NCBI RefSeq assembly: GCF_001194135.2
Contig: NC_068984.1
Location: 58,932,953-58,996,952, forward strand
DNA from: Octopus bimaculoides
Lineage: Eukaryota
Length of the DNA: 64,000 nt
Reading direction: 5' to 3'
The translations under genes were made by a program, and so were the position numbers. Positions 51,771 to 64,000 of the stretch are shown in pieces. How positions within the stretch are numbered: position 1 is the stretch's first letter; every line of letters starts with the position of its first letter. The notes under the pieces were generated by a model, which was not told the DNA's origin, did not search any database, and saw only the letters and a program-made list of their open reading frames with translations.

Positions 51771-52510
51771 TTTACTTTTGCCAGCTAAGAAGAATATGCT
51801 TCACCGAGGAAGTGCAACAAGACTGAAATATGTTAATGTCACTTGTTAGCTTTAAAAATTAGATTCACTCAAATTTCATTGTCTGCACCGACCAAATATT
51901 TCAACCAATGATATTGTTGAAATTATTCCTCTGATTATTTTTTAGATTTTAAAAACTCCTCCAGGAAGGTTTTATCTGTCAATTGTTTTCTATTTACTAT
52001 ATTACATGTGTGAAACCCTATCATTTGAATATTATAGTGATGTTAGTGCCACTATACTTCTCAAAGGTATTATAAATATTACAACTGTTTTATTCTGAAT
52101 ATCAACTGGTGTTACTTTTAGATAAGAACTGCCATATTTCTCATTGTTAGTACAGTAATAACCATATCATAAACTATGTAGTGGTCTGTATATCTTTAGA
52201 TTCTATTACAGTACACTACTGTGACTACTCATTTTTGCAACTCTACACATTATGTAACTTATGTGCTGACAACAATGTGTAAGTAATTTTTTTTTATGCT
52301 GGTTCATCTATTGTACTTAAGGCACAACTCTTCTTCTCCATATCATTCTGGTATTATGTTTCGCAACCTTCATCTGATGAGCCAGCAAAGGATGTCATGT
52401 TAATAATGGTGCTTAACTTCATCAATATTACAATTAAAGATCTACCTCTTCAAACCTAATGCCACCTTAAATTGAAGACATCACATTTCAAGGTCTAAAT
52501 GTTTGAAAAT

Positions 52511-52541
<31 letters not shown>

Positions 52542-54034
52542 ACACACACACACAAACAAACAAACAAAAATCAAAACCGGATATCTTTTATCATTTACTT
52601 GTTTCAGTCATTAGAGATTATACTCTGTCACACAGACACATACTACATGCTTGTATATAAATAACTTTCCCTGATTCCTTGCTCTTTGTCATATTTTATT
52701 CTTGTAGTCATGATTTAGATGAGAATATCTTTCATCTTATTCTGTTCACTCCACTAAAACATTACAACTTAAAGACAAGGTTGATATTCACTCAATATTT
52801 TGGTCATTTTTTAGAACAATCAAAACAGTTAAAACCTACAACATGATACCTTCCCTCATTTGAAATTATCATATTATTTACCATACATTTGAAAAAAATA
52901 TTGTGCATGTTATTTTTAGATATGTTTTAATGTTTTTATTGTAATTGTAAGAATTCTTACTCCATTTTTATCTAACAAGTTCTATTACCAACTTTCTATA
53001 ATTGAACATTTTTAATTAAATAAAGATAATTATAGTACATTTCTACTGGAGTTTCTTTTCATCTGAATTCCATATTTTCATTGCTCTCAAATATATATTG
53101 ACCCAAAGTAAAAGAAGGCATGCAACAACAATGCATAATATGATGACAAAAAGCAAATAAAGATTAATTTACTAATATAGTTAGATTGTATTGAATTCAT
53201 GCAGATTGATTTTCTTTCTCTCTTTATTTTTAAAGAGAACAGTCTACATGAAAATTTACCTGCTTCAAATATAAAAGAGAAGAAATTGTATATAATTGCA
53301 AGTTGTATTGTTATTGTTGGTCTTTCTTTCTTTTTTTTTTTTTTCTTATAAGCATTTAATCTTAAATACCTTACCATCTGCAGGAGATAAAGGATTACCT
53401 GCTGAACTTCATTAGAACATAATTTTTACAGATTAAAATTCTTAACATCAGAAATTGTTTCTATTTCAGGTATATCTAAAAACATGGGCAAGTGAACTGA
53501 AATTAATTGCAAGCATAATTTACATTTGTTTCCATAAAACTCTTTGCTCATTTAAGTTCTGATCAAATGCTACCTCACTGTACACCAAATCTTCACACAC
53601 AAACTTATCTGAAAAAAATTTCTAGTGCTTTGTTGCTCATGCATCTAAAGTCACAAGGTAATGGAAACTATAAACAAAAATGATACTCATTTTTACTGTC
53701 TTCAATCATTTTACTTCTTAATATATTGTTCCGCAAATTCTTTATTGTCTTTGTAAAATGAAACTAAAAATAACATGCACAAAATGAAAATGGAACAGTT
53801 CTGATTTGAATATGGAAGTCTGACCCTGTTTGACACATTTTCCTGCTCATATCATGCATGTTGTGACTGCTTGCTGGACCTGTTACCTGCCATAGATTTA
53901 ATGAAAAGATAACTGTGACAAAGCCACAACATTACTTTCCAACAGGCTGTGAACAACACAGCTGAAATCATCACATTTAAGAAAATTACTAGGCTTTATA
54001 TACTTATTCTTCATTTATGTACTTATTCTTCATA

Positions 54035-54190
54035 CATGCTGTAGTGGCTGCATGGTAAGAAGCTTGCTTCACAATCACATGGTTCTGGGTTCAGTCACAC
54101 TGCATGGTACCTTGGGCGAGTGTCTTCTACTATAGCCTCAGGCTGATCAAAGCCTTGTGAGTGGATTTGGTAGACAGAAACTGTAAGAAG
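54035..54190 (+). mobile_element. SINE family A head and core
   Basis: GTGGCTGCATGGTAAGAAGCTTGCTT...GGGTTCAGTC...CCTTGGGCGAGTGTCTT. Confidence 0.85.
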
Positions 54191-54199
54191 CATCGTTGT

Positions 54200-56610
54200 C
54201 GTCATTATCATCATCATCATCATCATCATCATCATTATCATCATTATCATCATCATTGTTTAACGTCTGTTTTCCATGCTGGCTTGAGTTGGACAGTTCA
54301 ACTGGGGTCTGGGAAGCCAGGAGGCTGCACCTATCTCCAATCTGATCTGGCAGTGTTTCTATGGCTGGAAGCCCTTCCTAATGCCAACCACTGAGAAATG
54401 TAGTGGGTGCTTTTTACGTGCCACTGGCACAGGAGCCAGAGGGGGCTGGCATTGACCAGACTCGGATGGTGCTTTTACATGCCACCAGCATGGGAGCCAG
54501 TCAAGGTGGCACTAGCATTGGCCACGTTTAGATGGAGCTTTTTACGATCCACTGGTACAGGAGCCACTTGAGGTGAGGGAGTTAGCATCGACCATGTTCG
54601 GAGGGTATTTTTTATGTGTCACCGGCACGGGGAGCCAGACAGGCAGTGCTGGCATCAGCCACAACTACAATTTCCATTTGATTGTGGTTTGATTTGATTT
54701 TGATGTTGATGTACTTGACTCAGTAGGTCTCCTCAAGCACGGCATGTCACCTTATGATCCAAAGGTACTTTTTTTAAGGGCTGGTCATGCAACACTGGTG
54801 TAGGCTACACTTTATTTGCTGATCTCACTTTATTTGCTGATCTCACTTTATTTGCTGGATCTTCTCAGTCACAGCATATCTCCAGAGGTCTCAGTCTTTC
54901 GTTGTTGCCTCTGTGAGGCCCAACATTCGAAGGTTATGCTTCACCACCTCATCCCATGTCTTCTTGGATCTCCCTCCACCATGGGTTCCTTCCACTGTTT
55001 GGGAGTGGCACTTCTTCACACAGCTCTCCTCATCCATCCATAGTACATGACCATACCAATGCAAACGTCTCTCTTGCATGCCACATCTGATGCTTCTTAT
55101 GTCCAACATTTCTCTCAAGCCACTTACACTCTATCATGTATGCACACTGACATTACACATCCAGCAGATCATGCTAACTTCATTTCTTTCAAGCCTATGC
55201 ATGTCTTCAGCAGTCATGGCCCATGTTTAACTGCTGTGAAGCACAGCAGTTCACACACATGCATCGTGCAATCAACCTTTTGCTCTGAGCGAGAGGCCCT
55301 TTGTCACCAGTAGGGGGTAGAAGCTTTCTAAACTTTTCCCAGGCTATTCTTATTCTAGTGGTAACACTCTCTGAGCATCCACCCCCACTACAGACGTGGT
55401 CACCTAGGTAGTGAAAGCTATCAACTACTTCTAGTTTCTTCTCCTAGCATGTGATGGAATCAGTGGTGTTTACTGCCCCTGGGCATCTGCCATACCCAAA
55501 AGCTATCATCTTGCTTAATCTTCCTTTGATGTTGCTGCACCTCTTAAGCATCCATAGCTTACACTGGGTACATCTTATGGAGTTTCTACCTACATCTTTT
55601 CTACAGATTGAGCAGGGTCATCTACCTGAAGGGGTGTGTGATGTGTTCACCTTCCCCTACTTACTAGGACTTTGGTTTTTGCTAGGTTGACTCTAAGGCC
55701 CTTCAATTCTAATTTTTGCTTCCACACCTGAAATTTCTTCTCTAGTTCTGGTAGTGATTCTGCTATGAGGGCCGGGTCATCAGCATAGAGGAGCTCCCAG
55801 GGGCAGCCTTTCTTGAATTCCTCTGTTATTGCCTAGAGGACTATGATGAATAAGAGGGGGCTGAGGACTGATCCTTGGTGGACCCCTACTTCTACCTGGA
55901 AATCTTCACTATACTCATTGCCAACCCTAACCTTACTAACGGCATCTCTGTATAGGGCCTGTACAGCCCTTATTAACTATATTTGTCAATCCCTAGTTTC
56001 CACATCGCCCAAAGGCTTTCTCCAAGTCCACCAAAGCCAAGTATAGGGGTTTATCTTTGGCTAGGTATTTCTCCTGCAGTTGCCATACCAGGAATATAGC
56101 ATAAGTGGTGCTTCTACCCTGTACAAAACTGAACTGCATCTCGTCTAAGCAGACTCTCTCCCTAATTAGTTAGGCTATGACCCTCCCCGTGACTTTCATC
56201 ACCTGATCCAGCAGTTTGATACCCCTGTAGTTAGTTCTATCTAAAGCATCACCTTTACCCTTGTAGCAGTTGACTATGGTGCTACTACACCACTCATTAG
56301 GTATGACTCCATCATGAACTACCTGGTTTACAATACGGGTGACTAGGCCATAACCCACACCACCAGATATTTTAAGCATCTCAGCAGTGATTCCTGATGG
56401 GCCGGGGGCTTTTCCTGGCTTCATACCTTTAATTGCTTTATCTACCAGGGTGCTGTCTATTTGGATAGATGGTCCCTCTACTAGGTCAACATTTGGCAAG
56501 CTCTCCTCCTCCCATTCATTCTCCACATTCAGCAGCCTTTCATAATGGCTTCTCCAAGCCTCTTTCTTTTTAGAATCATTAAAAGCAAGTGCACCATCAT
56601 CCACGTGGAC
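54200..56610 (-). mobile_element. Older ~2.4-kb RTE LINE with reverse transcriptase domain (disrupted)
   Basis: KAPGPSGITAEMLK...NYRGIKLLDQVMKV; GVHQGSVLSPLLFIIV; WELLYADD; RRLHWYGHVLWM; 3' UTR tandem repeats; (GAT)n tail. Contains stops and internal deletions. Confidence 0.95.
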
Positions 56611-56624
56611 ACATTTCTTGTATG

Positions 56625-56664
<40 letters not shown>

Positions 56665-57649
56665 CATAGAAAAACATGTAATTGTTACCAATATAGCAAG
56701 AGATTTCACCGCAAAAAAAGTCTAAAGTAGACTCCTTAAGGATCGTTCTCCTTGGTTATATATCCAAAGTTTTAACTTTAAAAGAGAGTTTTGATGCTAA
56801 TATCCATTATTATTGAAATTTATTCCTATGTCAACATTTCTGTATAAGGCTATATTTGACTGTCAAATTTAAGTCAAACATATAATTTGCCTTACACATC
56901 TTCAGGGAAATAAATTTAAGAACAAACAAAAAACAAAAAAATCAAGAACAAGAGGTAAATACCAAGACATCTCTGAGTTCCGTCCATATTCAAATTTGTC
57001 GTTAAATGACTTGTTATTGTGAAGAGGAGAGCAGCTCTAACATTGTTCTTTTTCAAGCCTTCTTAGCCCTGGTAAATTGGAGCAGGTAGAGTTAATGCAT
57101 TTAATGTCCAGTTTGAATACTTACTGTTGTTAATTACACTAGAGAACTGCTCCCACTTATTCCAGGTCTTACTCTGCCCCATAAGAAAAAAAAAATGTCT
57201 GCTGCCTGATTTGTAGTCAACATTCTCCAACTACTTTTTCATTTTCTATGCCTGTTTTTCTACTCCTCATAACAACAATTTCTGCTCCATTCAGCATGCT
57301 GTTTATATACTAGCTAAACCTTATGATTACATTCATTTATTCCTTTTCTGTTATTATACACAAGATTCTGTCTTTTTATTCTTTTACTAGTTTCATTCAT
57401 TAGGCTGCAGTTATGCTGGGGTAACCACTTTAAAGGGTTTTAATCAGTCATTTTAATGCCAAAATTCAGTTGTTCTTTTTTTGTATTGTTTTTTTTCTGG
57501 TACTTATTTTAGCAATTTCTATTTATTGCACCATTAAGTTATGGAACACAAATGTGCATTATTTTTTGTTTTCAAGCTGTATCAAATCTAAAGAGAAACA
57601 TAGAAAGATATCACACATTTGTTTAAAAAAGCTGGCACTCTGTTGATAA

Positions 57650-57920
57650 GGGTTCCAGTTGATCCAGTCAACAGAACAGCCTGCTCGTGAAATTAACATG
57701 CAAGTTATGCTTAACCCTAACATTGTTCTCTGGGAGATTCAATGTGACACAGAATGTGACAAGGCTGGCTCTTTGAAGTACAGGTACTACACATTTTTGA
57801 TAGCTGAGTGGACTGGAGCAATATGAACTAAAGTGTCTTGCTCAAAGACACAATATGCCATTGGGAATCGAACTCACAACCTTACAATGATAAGCTAAAT
57901 ACCCTAATAGCTGAGCCACA
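57650..57920 (-). mobile_element. SINE family C (CORE-like)
   Basis: Reverse complement gives GTGAGTTCGATTCCC (B-box) and TTTGAGCAAGACACTTT...TTGCTCCAGTCCACTCAGCT. Confidence 0.75.
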
Positions 57921-57984
57921 TACCTTCACACACACAAGCACACACACACAAACTCACACACACAAACTCACACACATATATAAC

Positions 57985-58115
57985 TGGCTTCCACAACATT
58001 TCCATCTTCCAATTCCACCCAAAGGCATTGGTCGACTTGAGACTGGAAGACACTTGCTCAAGATATCATGACTGAACCCGAAACCTTGTGGTGTGACCTA
58101 AACTTCACAGTTACA
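57985..58115 (-). mobile_element. SINE family A, degraded
   Basis: TTTCCATCTTCCAA...GAAGACACTTGCTCAAG...ACTGAACCC. Confidence 0.6.
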
Positions 58116-61040
58116 TAGTTACCTGTGTCTATATGCTAGACATTTTTTCCAATCATTCCTCTCCAGAGACATAACAACTGAACTTTATGTTTCCACTCAA
58201 TCAGTAAAGTGTAAAAACTTTCAAGCAAATAAAGGAACTGCTATATAGCTAGTCAAAGTGCAAGAAATAGCAGCCATATCTCCCCCAGATCATATCCTAC
58301 TATTTTAAAATAGTCAGTAGCTAAAATTACATTGGATAAAGTTGTCCTAGATACAGTCTGTTCAAAAAAAATAAAGACACGCTATTCATAGCTGGGACAC
58401 TTCTTATCATAGATCTGCTCAGTCATAGATGACCTGGGGCTAAACAACAATTCAAATGAGACATTAACTGCATTTACCCCACTTACTCCTATTCCTCAGA
58501 TAAAGAAAGCTTGAAAAAGAAATTAGTGCTGCCCTCCTATTGTCAACTAACAAATAATAATAAAAATAATAATTAAATCAATAATTATTTGGTTGCACCG
58601 TTATTCAATACTTTCACTGAAATGAGACCTGAAGGTCAACAAAATTATTTGTTAACACTTGATAGAAATAGGCATTATATAAACTGCTTTATTCTGGAAA
58701 TTTCCACCAAATCTATTGCCACACGTTTATTGCTTCTCTATTGATTTTATCCAATAATTGTTTCTATAGAAACAAAACCACTTTTGACAAACCTACATGG
58801 AAATGTTTCCCCACAGTACATAATGTTTATTGAACCAGAGTAGAAATGTGAAAAACAAAATATGAGATGCTCTTCACGCTTTTCTCTACAACAATAGAAT
58901 CTAACACTACATTTCTGTGTGAAAGAGACACATATTGGTAGAAATAAATTCAATACTACACCTTTGAATATTTCCATCTTTTCATTCCACACACACACAC
59001 TCACACACACAATTTTAATACATCCGGTTCTACATTAGAATGAATCCATAAGTAATAAAACATAATCATTTTAAAAAATAAACACAAATGAGATCAAATT
59101 TCATACAAAATATGAATTTTTCTTTTAAATTTTACTGGAAAGAATGTGTAGGCAGAAACTTCCTCACCAATTTGACAACTTATCCTAGAATGTCATTATT
59201 TATATTTTACTATAATGGAGTTTGCATGTGGCCAGAAAACTGTTGCTGCTGCTACAACTACTACTGCTGCTGTTTGTATATCAAGTATGTGTGGGTGGAC
59301 AGTGATGCAGAAAATTTCTACTACAACTAATGCTAATCCTCAAATGTATCAATCTGGCTAAAGTATTTTGTAATTGCTGTTATTTTTCCTGATTTTAATT
59401 CCTGGCTGAAGCCATTTCATTTCACTTACATTAGAAAATGCAATAGCATCACATCTTCCCATTTGCTTCCTCAAAATGATTAAAGTTTATTTTTTATTCC
59501 TACTGTTCCTAAACAATATATTCACAGGTTTGAATGTCAGTAACTTACTTAACTAAATAACTTCACTTTGTAGGAAAAATAAGATTATCTATCAGTTTTT
59601 TGTAAAGAGGAATATCAAAACAGATCATGATCATATGACAACACTAAGTAAAAAATGTTAGATTGCAATATGATTTTATTGATATGATTCTTAATTCCCT
59701 ATTTTAGTTTATTGTAGATGTAACAATAAAAAAAGTTTCAACTTCACTATTTATTAGTGTATTCTCCTAAATCCTTGTATACTGTCAAGAGATTTTTCCC
59801 TTGCAGTACATGAAATCATTAATAAATTAACATAATATATTAGTTGTTTACCTCATTATAATGTAACAACACAAGACAGAAATTATTTCTCATTTAAAAA
59901 TAATGTCTTTTATTCCAAACTTATTTCAGGAAAATGCATTTGAGGAAAATTTGAATTAAATAGTAAAAAGACAGTAACATAAAGATATTTTGAACAAGGA
60001 TATTTTATAGAAGAAATGATGAAAGGAGAAATTACCAAAGTCTGCTCATAAATATTTGCTCAGTATTTAAGCCTATTTGACTCATGATTTTGTGTTAGAC
60101 ACTTATGCAGTCACACAGTTTCAGTGACTTATATATCTTATACAAGTGAAAGAAAGTCAAATATCACATTTCTGTATTTTTTTTCAATAAGAATTTATAG
60201 CTAGAAATAAATATACATCAATTGCTGATTGGCCCTATTGATTTTATGGGATCGGAAATAAGTGAAGTGAAATTATTCCAACTTGAAATCAAAAGCAGGT
60301 GTCCAGTAGTTTAGTTACTTCATTTTCCATAGCAGCTTAGTCAAGCTTATGCTAATATTTCTTTCTTTTTCTCACTATCTTATAACGATTGAGAATTTGC
60401 TGGTTGATGAATATATCTATGCGGTTGTGAGTGTGTACATATTCAGTTTTGTCAGTAACTAAGAATCTAGTGTAGATAACAATTTCATCAAATTCCCTAA
60501 CATATTCAGCACAGAATCTGTGTCTCTATTTTTTTTCTTTTTCTTTTTTTTTTAGTGTATTTATGTTTCTTTGATAGTGTCAGGTTAGAATTATTGGTTA
60601 TGTGCTGCAGATATGTCATTCAGCTTCTGACTGCTCAACCACAGCTGTGTGCTTTTAATGTTTCAGTTTGGTTTATTTATTCTTTGTAGCTACTTATCAC
60701 ACAGACATTTATTTCTCTTTTCACACCTCAATTTTTGTTGGATATTTCTCTTTGCATCACAGTTTTGCCTTTGCTGTGTTTTAATGATTTGTTTGTTTTT
60801 CCCCTCTTTTACCTATCTCAGTTTTTAGTACCACCTCTAGTTCTGCTCTTTAAATCATACTTCTTTCTTTTTTTTTTTGTAAATGTAATAGGGCCTCTTT
60901 TTTTAATGTATTTGTGTCATTTAATGTGGTCACTGTTTTTTTTACCTTTGAGATATATATCCATTCCATTTATGATAACTTTTTTAATACCTACTTTCTA
61001 CTTTCACTGTTGCTGCAACCAAAGTGTCTTTGTATGTATG

Positions 61041-61075
<35 letters not shown>

Positions 61076-61619
61076 NNNNNNNNNNNNNNNNNNNNNNNNN
61101 NNNNNNNNNNNNNNNNNNNNNNNNNNNNNNNNNNNNNNNNNNNNNNNNNNNNNNNNNNNNNNNNNNNNNNNNNNNNNNNNNNNNNNNNNNNNNNNNNNNN
61201 NNNNNNNNNNNNNNNNNNNNNNNNNNNNNNNNNNNNNNNNNNNNNNNNNNNNNNNNNNNNNNNNNNNNNNNNNNNNNNNNNNNNNNNNNNNNNNNNNNNN
61301 NNNNNNNNNNNNNNNNNNNNNNNNNNNNNNNNNNNNNNNNNNNNNNNNNNNNNNNNNNNNNNNNNNNNNNNNNNNNNNNNNNNNNNNNNNNNNNNNNNNN
61401 NNNNNNNNNNNNNNNNNNNNNNNNNNNNNNNNNNNNNNNNNNNNNNNNNNNNNNNNNNNNNNNNNNNNNNNNNNNNNNNNNNNNNNNNNNNNNNNNNNNN
61501 NNNNNNNNNNNNNNNNNNNNNNNNNNNNNNNNNNNNNNNNNNNNNNNNNNNNNNNNNNNNNNNNNNNNNNNNNNNNNNNNNNNNNNNNNNNNNNNNNNNN
61601 NNNNNNNNNNNNNNNNNNN

Positions 61620-61851
61620 AAGACACCATTTCGAGCGTGGCCGTTTTCGTGCGGGTGACACGTAAAAGCACCCACTACACTCTCTGAGTGGTTGGCGTTA
61701 GGAAGGGCCTCCAGCAGTAGAAACTCTGCCAAATTAGATTGGAGCCAGGTGTTGCCATCCGGTTTCACCAGTCCTCAGTCAAATCGTCCAACCCATGCTA
61801 GCATGGAAAGTGGACGTTAAACGATGATGATGATGATGATGATGATGATGA
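61620..61851 (+). mobile_element. Young RTE LINE 3' end; 5' part lies in the gap
   Basis: ~97% identical to 19422-19620; (GAT)n tail. Confidence 0.95.
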
Positions 61852-62404
61852 TATATAGTGATTGTGGTGGTGTATCTAGTGAGGCTATTGTTACTTGTCT
61901 AAATTATCTGGGTATTTTTAATTTATTTACTTTTCTAAGAGTGACTTTAGGGTTTCAGTGAATGCATAAAGTTCTGAAATTCATAGAAACATAACTTAAT
62001 ATTATACTGTTTCTTGTTTTATCAACATCTAAAATATATTTACTATATGTTCATTTAAAATGATCATGGATTTTATTTGAAATGTTACTGGAGACATCAT
62101 TCAACCAACTAACCAATATCTATATATATCAGCTATTATTATTATGTAGAATTATATATGGATGTTTGTCAATTTCATCAATAAGTGTTTCAGTTGCTCA
62201 CTCAACTGAACTACCTACTCTCATTGAATTGACATATAAACGACTGAGTATTCCACAGATGCATGCACACGTAACATAAGCCCCAGGTAAAATCAGCATG
62301 ACAGGGCAGTGTGTGATTAGGCTGATCTTTCATCTGACAGACTTCTACACAGTTTCTGTCAACCTAATTTCACTTTTAAAGCTTCACCCAAAACAATGGT
62401 AAAA

Positions 62405-62540
62405 TATACTGGGTTCAAATTTTGGCACAAGGCCAGCAATTTTGGGGGTGGGGTGGAGAGTCAGTTACATGGAGTCCAATGTTCAACTGGTACTTACTTT
62501 ATCAAACTTGAAATGATGAAAGGCAAAGTCGACTATTGTA
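62405..62540 (-). mobile_element. SINE family B, partial
   Basis: GATGAAAGGCAAAGTCGAC motif. Confidence 0.6.
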
Positions 62541-64000
62541 AAAATATATTGGTCCATTATGCCAAACAATGGGATCAAACTTTGGATCTGATTCCAAAGA
62601 GAAATTCTTATCCATTCAACCATTGCTGCATTCATAAGGAATGTGTACACATTTGTAAATATCTTGTGCTTGCATATGGGGACATTAGTGCTTATACAGA
62701 TGCTTTAATTTTCAATTAATATAGTAAACTGTGTGTATATGTGAAAGATACCACTTTTAAACTATAATATGAAATGAGTTCCAAATCATTTATAATATTT
62801 CTGGTATTAAATTCTAATTTATCTCAAACCAAAGTACCTACATGAAGTAAACCTGATAAACATTCTTCAATTTTAAATATTAACAAGAAATTTACAACTA
62901 ATATTGCTCCACTTCAGTTTTTATATATCATTTCTTGTAAAGTATAGTGTTATCATACTGATGCTTATTGACTCAAAACTAGACTGATTTGTGCATAATA
63001 TTTGTTTCCTAACTGATATTGCTCTTATTCTAATCTCTAACAATTTTATTCTCTTTATAATCTGCAATGCCTACTATTATAAAGCCATATTTGTTTACTA
63101 GTCATGACACTAGCCTTGCAGTTATCAGGAAACAATCTCCATTTAATTGTCAGTAGCCTTATTAAGTGATCAGATTTTATTCTGCAATACAAGGATTAAA
63201 ATTCATGTTCTAATTTTTATTGTTAACAGTAAGACGTTTAATTTTATCATACCTACTTGGGTAGGCTGAAATCCATTTACATTTTGTGCTACATTGCATA
63301 TGCATGGGCTTTTATTTGTTCCAGTTATACATTGTTTGGTCCTCAGATCTTGTTCAGCTGATATGGTGACTGTTGTATTTATGACAGGCAAGGAGGGAAA
63401 AATAGGTATTTAATAAATGTTGAAAATTTCTTTTGTATGTAGGGTTAGATATGTCAGAGACAACTTTATTGTATCTGTCTCCAAATAGATGTTGTCCCTT
63501 AAACTAAAAAGAATTAAATCAAAAAAGTTTTCACCAGTTAAGTTTTTAATTAATAAATTTTTAATTGCTGCTGATTTTTTGTGGGTTTTTTTTTTTTTTT
63601 TTTTTTGCTGCAGTAGTATACAATATTTCCAGGGATATTTTCCTTTCAGTTAACAGTTCATAATACTTAAGATGTTTTAGCTGAACCTGAAATGTTTCAA
63701 GAAATGGTAGTGGTTCTTAAGAATCATCAAACATTAACTGCAAGAGAGAAAACTAGAATGTTATAGTATTGTACTTAAATTATTAGAGTAGCGTTATCCA
63801 TATCACTTGATTGTTGTTAACAAGGATAGAAATTGATTTTAGAAGGTATGAGATGAAGCAATTATGCTCCATCTAATCTAGGAGAGAAAAAGAGAGATGG
63901 TGGGGAGAACAGTCAGACAAACTGAATGAGATGTGGAATAAAAGTCCTACTAAATTTAACAGTGCAATATTAATGGTACTTAGGTATGGCTAAAGAAGAA

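Noticed and set aside
53376-57173. Phase-compatible chain of small minus-strand exon candidates (~57125-57173, ~53888-53962, 53376-53402)
   Set aside because: The joined peptide is unrecognisable and some splice sites are weak; not distinguishable from chance.

Overview
AT-rich, microsatellite-dense animal genomic DNA with 8 assembly gaps (693-728, 19149-19326, 22195-22648, 26950-27549, 29693-29772, 40582-40591, 50301-50376, 61076-61619). The repeat complement (RTE LINEs with (GAT)n tails, several tRNA-derived SINEs, Tc1/mariner fossils, Penelope-like GIY-YIG remnant, abundant (AT)n/(AC)n/(AG)n) resembles an octopus/coleoid cephalopod genome; this is inferred from recalled repeat types, not from a search. 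No host protein-coding gene could be identified. Every recognisable coding segment is a transposon remnant, and the long ORFs in the track are N-gap or microsatellite artefacts. The window is most likely intergenic or part of a very long intron. The most interesting signals are structural: a perfect 24-bp-stem nested hairpin of pre-miRNA size (9785-9840), a 9-bp-TSD foldback element carrying head-to-head telomere-type repeats (2829-3253), a 286-bp loop-less palindrome (21741-22026), a 127-bp inverted duplicate 2.9 kb apart, a candidate recursive splice site (4557-4565), and three near-identical young RTE copies. I found no convincing evidence of a new multi-gene system.
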